Origin: Ranitomeya imitator
Lineage: Eukaryota
Direction: 5' to 3'
DNA length: 64,000 nt
Assembly (NCBI RefSeq): GCF_032444005.1
Contig: NC_091290.1
Location: 151,032,001 to 151,096,000, forward strand
In this document: piece after piece, positions 49,536-61,334 of the stretch
How the letters are laid out: each line of letters opens with the position of its first letter
Numbering within the stretch: position 1 is the stretch's first letter
Position numbers and translations under genes: made by a program
Notes under the pieces: model-generated
What the model was told of the DNA's origin: nothing
The model's input: only the letters and a program-made list of their open reading frames with translations
Database searches by the model: none

Positions 49536-52500
49536 TATTCTTGTACATAGGAGCAGTATTTTGTACATAGGGGACAGTATTATAGTAGTTATATTCTTGT
49601 ACACAGGGGGCAGTATTATACTAGTTATATTCTTGTACACAGGGGCAGTATTATAGTAGTTATATTCTTGTACATAGAGGCAGTATTATAGTAGTTATAT
49701 TCTTGTACATAGGGGCAGTATTATACTAGTTATATTCTTGTACACAGGGGCAGTATTATAGTAGTTATATTCTTGTACACAGGGGGCAGTATTATACTAG
49801 TTATATTCTTGTACATAGGGGCAGTATTATAGTAGTTATATTCTTGTACATAAGAGCAGTATTATAGTAGTTATATTCTAGTACATAGGAACAGTATTAT
49901 AGTAGTTATATTCTTGTACACAGGGGGCAGTATTATACTAGTTATATTCTTGTACACAGGGGGTAGTATTATAGTAGTTATATTCTTGTACATAAGAGCA
50001 GTATTATAGTAGTTATATTCTAGTACATAGGGGCAGTATTATAGTAGTTATATTATTGTACATAGGAGCAGTATTATAGTAGTTATATTCTAGTACATAG
50101 AGGCAGTATTATAGTAGTTATATTCTTGTACATAGGGGCAGTATTATAGTAGTTATATTCTTATACATAGGAGCAGTATTATAGTAGTTATGTTCTTGTA
50201 CATAGGGGCAGTATTATAGTAGTTATATTCTAGTACATAGGGGCAGTATTATAGTAGTTATATTCTTGTACATAGGGGCAGTATTATAGTAGTTATATTC
50301 TTGTACATAGGAGCAGTGTTATAGTAGTTATATTCTTGTACATAGGAGCAGTATTATAGTAGTTATATTCTTGTACATAGGGGCAGTATTATAGTAGTTA
50401 TATTCTTGTACATAGGAGCAGTATTATAGTAGTTATATTCTTGTATATAGGGGCAGTATTATAGTAGTTATATTCTTGTACATAGGGAGCAGTTTTATAG
50501 TAGTTATATTCTTGTACATAGGAGCAGTATTATAGTAGTTATATTCTTGTACATAGGAGCAGTATTATAGTAGTTATATTCTTGTACATAGGAGCAGTAT
50601 TATAGTAGTTATATTCTTGTACACAGGGGGTAGTATTATAGTAGTTATATTCTTGTACATAAGAGCAGTATTATAGTAGTTATATTCTTCTACATAGGAG
50701 CAGTACTATAGTAGTTATATTCATGTACATAGGAGCAGTATTATAGTAGTTATATTCCTGTACATAGGAGCAGTATTATAGTAGTTATATTCTTGTACAT
50801 AGGGAGCAGTTTTATAGTAGTTATATTCTTGTATATAGGGGCAGTATTATAGTAGTTATATTCTTGTACATAGGAGCAGTATTATAGTAGTTATATTCTT
50901 GTACATAGGAGCAGTATTATAGTAGTTATATTCTTGTACATAGGAGCAGTATTATAGTAGTTATATTCTTGTACATAGGGAGCAGTATTATAGTAGTTAT
51001 ATTCTTCTACATAGGAGCAGTACTATAGTAGTTATATTCATGTACATAGGGGCAGTATAATAGTAGTTATATTCTTGTACATAGGGGCAGTATTATAGTA
51101 GTTATATTCTTGTACATAGGGGCAGTATTATAGTAGTTATATTCTTGTACATAGGAGCAGTATTATAGTAGTTATATTCTTGTACATAGGGGCAGTATAA
51201 TAGTAGTTATATTCTTGTACATAGGGGCAGTATTATAGTAGTTATATTCTTGTACATAGGGGCAGTATTATAGTAGTTATATTCTTGTATAAAGGGTCAG
51301 TATTATTGTAGTTATATTCTTGTACATAGGGGCAGTATTATAGTAGTTATATTCATGTACATAGGAGCAGTATTATAGTAGTTATATTCTTGTATATAGG
51401 AGCAGTATTATAGTAGTTATATTCTTGTACATAGGGGCAGTATAATAGTTGTTATATTCTTGTACATAGGGGCAGTATTATAGTAGTTATATTCTTGTAC
51501 ATAGGGAGCAGTATTATAGTAGTTATATTCTTGTACATAGGGGCAGTATAATAGTAGTTATATTCTTGTACATAGGGAGCAGTATTATAGTAGTTATATT
51601 CTTGTACATAGGAGCAGTATTATAGTAGTTATATTCTTGTACATAGGGGCAGTATAATAGTAGTTATATTCTTGTACATAGGGGCAGTATTATAGTAGTT
51701 ATATTCTTGTACATAGGGGCAGTATTATAGTAGTTATATTCTTGTATAAAGGGTCAGTATTATTGTAGTTATATTCTTGTACATAGGGGCAGTATTATAG
51801 TAGTTATATTCATGTACATAGGAGCAGTATTATAGTAGTTATATTCTTGTATATAGGAGCAGTATTATAGTAGTTATATTCTTGTACATAGGGGCAGTAT
51901 AATAGTTGTTATATTCTTGTACATAGGGGCAGTATTATAGTAGTTATATTCTTGTACATAGGGAGCAGTATTATAGTAGTTATATTCCTGTACATAGGGG
52001 CAGTATTATAGTAGTTATATTCTTGTATATAGGAGCAGTATTATAGTAGTTATATTCTTGTACATAGGGGCGGTATTATAGCAGTTATATTCTTGTACAT
52101 AGGAGCAGTATTATAGTAGTTATATTCTTGTATATAGGAGCAGTATTATAGTAGTTATATTCTTGTACATAGGGGCGGTATTATAGCAGTTATATTCTTG
52201 TACATAGGAGCAGTATTATAGTAGTTATATTCTTGTACATAGGAGCAGTATTATAGTAGTTATATTCTTGTATATAGGGGCAGTATTATAGTAGTTATAT
52301 TCTTGTACATAGGGGCAGTATTATAGTAGTTATATTCTTGTACATAGGAGCAGTATTATAGTAGTTATATTCTTGTACATAGGAGCAGTATTATAGTAGT
52401 TATATTCTTGTACATAGGAGCAGTATTATAGTAGTTATATTCTTGTACATAGGAGCAGTATTATAGCAGTTATATTCTTGTATATAGGAGCAGTATTATA

Positions 52501-52652
52501 GTAGTTATATTCTTGTACATAGAGGTAGTATTATAGTAGTTATATTCTTGTACATAGGGGCAGTATTATAGCAGTTATATTCTTGTATATAGGAGCAGTA
52601 TTATAGTAGTTATATTCTTGTATATAGGGGCAGCATTATAGTAGTTATATTC
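49536..52652. repeat. 35-36-bp AT-rich minisatellite, ~88 copies
   Basis: Unit GCAGTATTATAGTAGTTATATTCTTGTACATAGG(A/G); period 35 (50244 to 50279); first partial unit at 48685-48710. Confidence 0.97.
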
Positions 52653-53294
52653 CAGTATATTTAAGCATATATGTTAATAAATAAAGATGGCAGCTTTCCA
52701 TTCCTGGGCTTTGGCATTTCTGGCTGTAGTGACATTATCGTTCTCCCGTGGGTTGGTGGTGAGTGTGGGGTCAGTGGTCGCCTTTTTTTGTCTTCCTTGT
52801 CACATACAGTATATACCGTAGTTTGCTGTATTACCGTCTCCATTCTCTTACATTGTGTTTCTGTCATTTTTCGCTCAGTGTAGCTCGGCCTCCCGCAGGT
52901 CTGGACCCAGCAGCACAGCAGCCAAGGTCCCCGAACTTGAACAGAACACCAGGACCGTGAAGGACCCCCCATCGCTGCCTCCCATTCAGGATTCCTGCTC
53001 AGAAGTGGAGGGTGCAGATCCAGGCACTACAAGTAGGTGGCGCTATTTCCATGATAATTTGTGCAGATGTCTGTGCTCTGTAATGTGATAGGCTGTGATA
53101 TATCGTGGAAGACGCTGGGCCCTGTGGGGGATTCCTAAATTTCCTTGACGTGTCACAGTAGGATGCGGTTATGCTGCGCTGGTTCAATATCTATTCCGTG
53201 TTCAGCAGATCAGATCTCTGATCAGCTCCTCTCCCACCCTAGGATCAACCGCAGCGCCAGTTAACTCTTTCTGTGCCTTATGCTCCATACTGTG

Positions 53295-53878
53295 ATGTAT
53301 ATATGTACGTATACACCATCCTCACATATACTGCCATATACACCGTCCTCACATGTACTGCCGTATACACCGTCCTCACATGTACTGCCGTATACACCGT
53401 CCTCACATGTACTGCCGTATACACCGTCCTCACATGTACTGCCGTATACACCGTCCTCACATGTACTGCGTATACACCGTCCTCACATGTACTGCGTATA
53501 CACCGTCCTCACATGTACTGCGTATACACCGTCCTCACATGTACTGCGTATACACCGTCCTCACATGTACTGCGTATACACCGTCCTCACATGTACTGCG
53601 TATACACCGTCCTCACATGTACTGCGTATACACCGTCCTCACATGTACTGCCGTATACACCGTCCTCACATGTACTGCGTATACACCGTCCTCACATGTA
53701 CTGCCGTATACACCGTCCTCACATATACTGCCATATACACCGTCCTCACATATACTGCCATGTACACCATCCTCACATATACTGCCATGTACACCATCCT
53801 CACATATACTGCCATGTACACCGTCCTCACATATACTGCCGTATACACCATCCTCACATATACTGCCGTATACACTGT
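53295..53878. repeat. 26-27-bp minisatellite
   Basis: Unit GTATACACCGTCCTCACATGTACTGC(C). Confidence 0.95.
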
Positions 53879-54194
53879 ACTGCCTAAAATAATGAAAGGT
53901 TTATTAGGACGGTATCCGCTCAGGGTGTGAATATACTGGATGCTGGAGTTATCTTTTCTTCCATTTGTTGGATAAGGATTATTGCAGGTTATTACGGTGA
54001 ATCAGTGCTGGACACAGAACCCCGTAGTCGTGTCCTGGTGGCATCCTGGTCCACACCTGCAGAGAGCGACCACCTCACATGATAGATGGTGACCCCGATT
54101 AATCATTTCTGTATCTTCTCATCTTCAACCGTTGCGGCGTAGTGTTCACTGTTACCTCATCCCTCAACCTAGCAACTGTAACAGAAGTCACACT

Positions 54195-56216
54195 GTCGAT
54201 TCTGTACTGTAAGAGCGCTCAGACACTGGGTTCTCTACTGTAATAGCACTCAGACACTGGATCCTCTATTGTAAGAGCCCTCAGACGCTGGATTCTCTAC
54301 TGTAAGAGCTCTCAGACGCTGGATTCTCTACTGTAAGAGCGCTCAGATGCTGGATTCTCCACTGTAAGAGCGCTGAGATGCTGGATTCTCTACTGTATGA
54401 GTGCTCAGACACTGGATTCTCTACTGTACGAGCGCTCAGACGCTGGATTCTCTACTGTATGAGTTCTCAGACGCTGGTTTCTCTACTGTAAGAGCACTCA
54501 CGCTGGATTGTCTACTGTAAGTGCTCAGATGATAGATTCTCTACTGTAAGAGCGCTCAGACGATGGATTCTCTACTGTAATAGCGGTCAGACACTGGATC
54601 CTCTACTGTAAGAGTGCTCAGACGCTGGATTCTCTAATGTAAGTGCTCAGACGATGGATTCTCTACTGTAAGAGCGCTCAGACACTCGATTCTCTACTGT
54701 AAGAGCGCTCAGATGCTGGATTCTCTACTGTATGAGCGCTCAGACGCTGGATTCTCTACTGTAAGAGCACTCAGATGCTGGATTCTCTACTGTAATAGCG
54801 CTCAGACATTGGGTTCTCTACTGTAAGAGCGCTCAGACACTGGGTTCTCTAATGTAATAGTGGTCAGAAATTGGATCCTACTGTAAGAGAGCTCAGACGC
54901 TGGATTCACTACTGTAAGAGCGCTCAGATGCTGGATTCTCTACTGTAAGAGTATTCAGATGCTGGATTCTCTACTGTATTAGCACTCAGACGCTGGTTTC
55001 TCTACTGTAAGAGTGCTCAGACGCTGGATTGTCTACTGTAAGTGCTCAGTCATTGGATTCTCTACTGTAAGAGCACTCAGATGCTGGATTCTCTACTGTA
55101 AGAGTGCTCAGATGCTGGATTCTCTACTGTATTAGCACTCAGACGATGGATTCTCTACTGTAAGAGCGCTCAGACGATGGATTCTCTACTGTAAGAGCGC
55201 TCAGATGCTGGATTCTCTACTGTAAGCGCTCAGACACTGGATTCTCTACTGTTAAGAGCACTCAGACACTGAATTCTCTACTCTAAGAGTGGTCAGACAA
55301 TGGGTTATCTACTGTAAGAGCGCTCAGACACTGAATTCTCTACTGTAACAGCGCTCAGATGCTGGATTCTCTACTGTAACAGCGCTCAGATGCTGGATTC
55401 TCCACTGAAAGAGCGCACAGATGCTGGATTATCTACTGAAAGAGCGCACAGATGCTGGACTCTCTACTGTAAGAGCGCTCAAACGCTGGATTCTCTACGA
55501 TATGATCACTCAGATGCTGGATTTTCTACTGTAAGAGTGCTCAGACACTGGATTCTCTACTGTAAGAGCGCTCAGATGCTGGATTCTCTACTGTATGATC
55601 ACCCAGATGCTGGATTCTCTACTGTAAGAGCAATCAGACACTGGATTCTCTACTGTAAGAGCGCTCAGATGATGGATTCTCTACTGTATGATCACCCAGA
55701 TGCTGGATTCTCTACTGTAAGAGCGATCAGGCACTGGATTCTCTACTGTAAGAGCGCTCAGATTCTGGATTCTCTACTGTATGATCACCCAGATGCTGGA
55801 TTCTCTACTGTAAGAGCGATCAGACACTGGATTCTCTACTGTAAGAGCGCTCAGACGCTGGATTCTCTACGGTATGATCACCCAGATGCTGGATTTTCTA
55901 CTGAAAGAGCGATCAGACACTGGATTCTCTACTGTAAGAGCGCTCAGATTCTGGATTCTCTACTGTATGATCACCCAGATGCTGGATTCTCTACTGTAAT
56001 AGCGATCAGACACTGGATTCTCTACTGTAAGAGCGCTCAGACGCTGGATTCTCTATGGTATGATCACCCAGATGCTGGATTTTCTACTGAAAAAGCGATC
56101 AGACACTGGATTCTCTACTGTAAGAGCGCTCAGATGCTGGATTCTCTACTGTATGATCACCCAGATGCTGGATTCTCTACTGTAAGAGCGCTCAGACGCT
56201 GGATTCTCTACTGTAC
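54195..56216. repeat. 31-bp minisatellite; 3' part organised as a 93-bp trimer
   Basis: Unit CTGGATTCTCTACTGTAAGAGCGCTCAGATG; TATGATCA variant every 93 bp from 55501 to 56152. Confidence 0.96.
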
Positions 56217-56803
56217 CAGCAGTCACTCTGTGATGCTCTGGAGCATAGAAGTGTTAGATTCTGGGATGTATGTACGAATCACTGGCTGGCAGGTCAGAGC
56301 CTTTATACCCCTGATATGATGTATTCAGTTACAATGCACTGACTAGTGGAGAGGACTTTGTTGCAGCATCCAGGCAGCAGGATGTCGCCCCGAGGTGTGT
56401 GCAGTATATGGCTGCTTTCACTGCTGTAGGTGGAATCAGGTCTGGCTTCACCTGTTGTCTCGGAGCCCAGGACAGGTGTTGTGTTCACCCCTCCTCCATC
56501 AGGTGAGCTTGTTCTGTGGCCGCCCGCCAGGTGCTGCTTCTGTCCTGGGCTGTTGCTTAGTGTGAGGTGTAGAGCACCTGAAAGCTAGACAGGCCTCTTA
56601 AAGTGCCAGTGTCTGTTTTTTTTTTTAACGCTCGATCGGTATTATGGAGGGAGGAGGCCTTAGGGCTGAGGATTTGTTACAGTGTATCCAGTCTGAACAA
56701 TTGTGAGCTGAACACATCAGTAGCACAGATCTTTCCTCTTCCGATAGTTTGTTACATTGTTTCTGCACTGATACATTGCAGCAGCCTGGAGTCCGTTCTG
56801 AGA

Positions 56804-56935
56804 CATGTTTGTCACACTTAAATGTTTCCAATCACCAAACAAAGGTAAATATTAGACAAAGATAACACAAGTAATCACAAAATGCACTTTATAAATGAAG
56901 ACCATTATTATTAAGGGAAAAAGAAATCCAAACCT
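56804..56935 (+). mobile_element. Solo fragment of a Tc1 left TIR, same family as 36605-38087
   Basis: Aligns by eye with 36655-36785 (CACACTTAA..ATTAGACAAAGATAAC..TTAAGGGAAAAAG..AAACCT). Confidence 0.8.
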
Positions 56936-57918
56936 GCCAATCAAAGTAGCGCTGGGTGGAGAGTTATTTGGTGGCACCGAGCGCCAGGACTTGGCTGATC
57001 AGTCATTCTGTGCCGACAGATTTAAAAGCATCTTTCTTGCGCCGGCCGTATTGGTAATTGGGCATTATCGATTATGGGGGTGTCCCAACATACTCCCCAC
57101 ATGCATTGTGTACCGAGACAAGGAACATTAACACCCAGTTATCAATTCTTCCGTATCTTTCCAAGAAGAGAGGAACAGAACAGTGTAAACTTCCAAGAAT
57201 GAGACAGATACTTTTGAAACTCACTGTGAAATTTAGTGTCAGTTTTTCCTAAAATAAAAACGCTACATTATGTTGGCATGCATTTATATAAACCGCGGCT
57301 CCGGACAGTGCCATGAAAACCGCCATTCTTTACAGTGCAGGTCGGATGTGAATGAAGCGCTGTTATGCTGACCGATCTGTATGGCGCACAGTTAGGGCGC
57401 AGCGCTGGACAGGTTAAACGAGGCTGAGTCTGTCATTCTGGGCTGCGCCTCCGCTCCCCCCTCTTCTCTTGGCTCCGAGATGGAAAATGGTCCTAATTTA
57501 CAGTCAATAAATTAGTAGTTGCCGTGAGTCAGGAGCCGCAACAGACAGACAGGCGGTCAGCAAGCGGCTCCAAGTCACAATCCGCTCTTGGGAGAAGGGG
57601 GAGACGGTTTGTGTGTTTGTGGGCGCAGCGGGAGATGGGGATGAGATGACCTCCGACAGTGTCGCCCCCCCCCCCCCCCCGTCATTCACACCCTTGCAAT
57701 CCATGGAGGGCTACAGCACAGCATGGGTGACCCTCCGTGTGGGCGAGTCGTGAAAAAAGGAGGGACTTAAAATGTGGAAAAGGCGGAGCTATAAGGAGGG
57801 GTGATTGAAGGGGGGGGGGATTTGAATAGTGTAACCCCCTCACTGTTCTCCCACAGGATGTGTATATTACGTCAACTAAAACGTGTTTCTTCCCCCATAG
57901 ACTGCACCTGTAGACTGC

Positions 57919-58842
57919 ACTATGTAAAGCAGTTAATACAAGAGAAGATAGTATTCTGCTACAGATGGATCTGGATAAGTTGGAAACTTGGGCTGAAAGG
58001 TGGCAGATGAGGTTTAACAATGATAAATGTAAGGTTATACACATGGGAAGAGGGAATCAATATCACCATTACACACTGAACGGGAAACCACTGGGTAAAT
58101 CTGACAGGGAGAAGGACTTGGGGATCCTAGTTAATGATAAACTTACCTGGAGCAGCCAGTGCCAGGCAGCAGCTGCCAAGGCAAACAGGATCATGGGGTG
58201 CATTAAAAGAGGTCTGGATACACATGATGAGAGCATTATACTGCCTCTGTACAAATCCCTAGTTAGACCGCACATGGAGTACTGTGTCCAGTTTTGGGCA
58301 CCGGTGCTCAGGAAGGATATAATGGAACTAGAGAGAGTACAAAGGAGGGCAACAAAATTAATAAAGGGGATGGGAGAACTACAATACCCAGATAGATTAG
58401 CGAAATTAGGATTATTTAGTCTAGAAAAAAGACGACTGAGGGGCGATCTAATAACCATGTATAAGTATATAAGGGGACAATACAAATATCTCGCTGAGGA
58501 TCTATTTATACCAAGGAAGGTGACGGGCACAAGGGGGCATTCTTTGCGTCTGGAGGAGAGAAGGTTTTTCCACCAACATAGAAGAGGATTCTTTACTGTT
58601 AGGGCAGTGAGAATCTGGAATTGCTTGCCTGAGGAGGTGGTGATGGCGAACTCAGTCGAGGGGTTCAAAAGAGGCCTGGATGTCTTCCTGGAGCAGAACA
58701 ATATTGTATCATACAATTATTAGGTTCTGTAGAAGGACGTAGATCTGGGTATTTATTATGATGGAATATAGGCTGAACTGGATGGACAAATGTCTTTTTT
58801 CGGCCTTACTAACTATGTTACTATGTTACTATGTTACTATGT
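57919..58842 (+). mobile_element. 5'-truncated CR1 LINE
   Basis: ORF2 C-terminal region, 3' UTR and (ACTATGTT)n tail; ACTATGT at both junctions. Confidence 0.95.
57920..58723 (+). pseudogene. CR1 ORF2 C-terminal fragment (end of RT domain and tail), open frame, lacks endonuclease and the RT catalytic core
   Basis: LQMDLDKLETWAERWQMRFNNDKCKVIHMG, EKDLGILV, LYKSLVRPHMEYCVQFWAP, LERVQRRATK, LFSLEKRRLRGDLI are typical CR1/L2-clade ORF2 motifs. Confidence 0.93.
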
Positions 58843-59180
58843 ATACAGTGCACCCCCTGTACCGTGCAACATTATACATGAAACCCGTATAAAGTACACT
58901 TACACAGGTGCTTATCGCAAAATTAGAATATCATCTAAAAATGAATTTATTTCAGTTCTTCAATACAAAAAGTGAATCTCATATATTATACAGAGTCAAT
59001 ACACACAGAGTGATCTGTTTCATGTGTTTATTTCTGTTAATGTTGATGATTCTGGCTTACAGCCAATGAAAATTCAAAAGTCATTATCTCAGTAAATTAG
59101 AATACTTTATAACACCAACTGAAAAAATGATTGTAAAATCCGAAATGTTCCCTCCAGAAATGTGTGTTCCGTAAATGCAC

Positions 59181-60117
59181 TCAATACTTGGTCGGGGGTC
59201 CTTGTGCATCAATAACTGCATCAATGTGGCGTGGCATGGAGGCGATCAGCCTGTGGCACTGCTGAGGGGTTATGGAAGCCCAGGTTGCTTTGATAGCAGC
59301 CTTCAGCTCATCTGCATTGTTGGGTCTGGTGTCTCGTTTTCCACTTGACAATACTCCATAGATTCTCTATGGGGTTAAAGTCAGGGGAGTTTGCTGCCAA
59401 TCAAGCCCAGTGATACTGTTGTTTTTGCACCAGGTATTGGTACTTTTGGCAGTGTGGACAGGGGCCAAATCCAGCTGGAGAATGACATTTCCATCTCCAT
59501 AAAGCTTGTCTGCAGAGGGAAGCATGAAGTGCTCTACAATGTCCTGGTAGACGGCTGTGCTGACTTTGGTCTTGATAAGACACAGTGGACCTACACCAGC
59601 AGATGACATGGATCCCAAACCATCACTGATGGTGGAGACTTCACACCAGACCTCCAGCAGCTTGGATTGTGGCCTCTCCACTCCTCCTCCAGACTCTGGG
59701 ACCTTGGACCACTGACAACAGTCCGGTTCTTCTTCTCCTTGGCCCAGGTAAGACACTTCTGGCGTTGTCTATTGGTCATGAGTGGCCGGACACAAGGAAT
59801 GTGACACTTGTAGTCCATGTCCTGGAGACGTCTGTGTGTGGTGCAGCAATGACTCCAGCAGCAGTCCACTCCTCGTGAATCTCCCCCACATTATTGAATG
59901 GCCTTTTCTTAACAATCCTTTCCAGGCTGCGGTATCCCGGTTGCTTGTGCACCTTTTTCTACCACTCTTTCTCCTTTCACTCCACTCTCCATTAATATGC
60001 TTGGATACAGCACTCTGTGAACAGTCGGCTTCTTTATGACCTTTTGTGGCTTCCCCTCCTTGTGGAGTGTGTCAGTGACGCTTTTTGGACATTTGTCAGG
60101 TCAGCAGTCTTCCCCAT
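59181..60117 (-). pseudogene. Tc1 transposase pseudogene
   Basis: MGKTADLT start; TTHRRLQDMDYKCHIPCVRPLMTNRQRQKCLTWAKEKKN; MSSAGVGPLCLIKTKVSTAVYQDIVEHFMLPSADKLYGD; frameshifted. Confidence 0.9.
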
Positions 60118-60142
60118 GATTGTGGAGCTTCTGAAAGACTAA

Positions 60143-60891
60143 AGGTACCGTTACACTAAACGATTTACCAACGATCACGACCAGCGATACGACCTGGCCA
60201 TGATCGTTGGTAAGTCGTTGTGTGGTCGCTGGAGAGCTGTCACACATACAGCTCTCTCCAGCGACCAACGATGCCGAAGTCCCCGGGTAACCAGGGTAAA
60301 CATTGGGTTACTAAGCGCAGGGCCGCGCTTAGTAACCCGATGTTTACCCTGGTTACCATTGTAAATGTGAAAACAAACAAACAGTACATACTCACATTCC
60401 AGTGTCTGTCACGTCCCCCGCCGTCAGCTTCCCGCACTGACTGTGTCAGCGCCGGCCGTAAAGCAGAGCACAGCGGTGACGTCACCGCTGTGCTTTACGG
60501 CCGGTGCTCACAGTCAGTGCGGGAAGCTGAAGGCAGGGGACGTGACAGACACCGGAATGTGAGTATGTAGTGTTTTTTTTTTTCACTTTTACAATGGTAA
60601 CCAGGGTAAACATCGGGTTACTAAGCGCGGCCCTGCGCTTAGTAACCCGATATTGACCCTGGTTACCAGTGAACACATCGCTGGATCGGCATCACACACA
60701 CCGATTAAGCGATGTCAGCGGGTGATCAGCGTCTAAAAAAAGGTCCTGGACTTTCCCCAGCGACCAACGATCTCCCAGCAGGGGGCTGATCATTGGTCGC
60801 TGTCACACATAACGATTTAGTTAACGATATCGTTGCTACGTCACAAAAAGCAACGATATCGTTAAAGAAATCGTTATGTGTGACGGTACCT
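60143..60891. mobile_element. Harbinger-type palindromic MITE nested in Tc1
   Basis: TIR AGGTACCGT(T/C)ACAC; TAA TSD (60140-42, 60892-94); two internal GGTAACCAGGGTAAACAT..TACCCTGGTTACC modules flanking a central palindrome. Confidence 0.92.
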
Positions 60892-61334
60892 TAAGGGACC
60901 TTTATAAAAATGTAGGAGCCTTTACAGGTGTTTCTTGTTAATTATTCTAATTTACTGAGATAATTACTTTTGGGTTTTCATTGGCTGTAAGCCACAATCA
61001 TCAACATTAACAGAAATAAACATGTGAAATAGATCACTCTGTGTGTAATGACTCTATAGAATATAGGAGACTCACTTTTTGTATTGAAGAACTGAAATAA
61101 ATTCACTTTTTGATGATATTGTAATTTTGTGAGAAGCACCTGTGTAAGTGTGACTCTGTACAGTGCACCACCATAGAGTTAATTGAAAAGGAAAGGAAGG
61201 TACACCCAGCCAGCAATCCTTACAAAATTATTTTTTATTGCAAATCCATTAAAATCCAGACATAGAGTAGATGCAGACACGTTTTAGACTAAATGTTTTT
61301 AGTCATTGCATACCGTAGAGTTCACCCCTAGACT

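Larger units (their letters stand above)
58903..61144 (-). mobile_element. Decayed Tc1-like transposon (second family), both long TIRs present, interrupted by a MITE
   Basis: CACAGGTGCTTATCGCAAAATTAGAATATCATC versus reverse-complemented right end CACAGGTGCTTCTCACAAAATTACAATATCATC; ~200-bp TIRs; TA flanks. Confidence 0.92.

Noticed and set aside
58069-58716. 215-aa minus-strand ORF
   Set aside because: It is the antisense shadow of the CR1 ORF2 fragment.
61272-61310. Second hammerhead-like motif on the minus strand (TGCA ATGACTAAAAACATTTAGTC TAAAACGTGTC TGCA)
   Set aside because: A hairpin and AAACGTGTC are present, but both catalytic boxes are missing; too degenerate to support.
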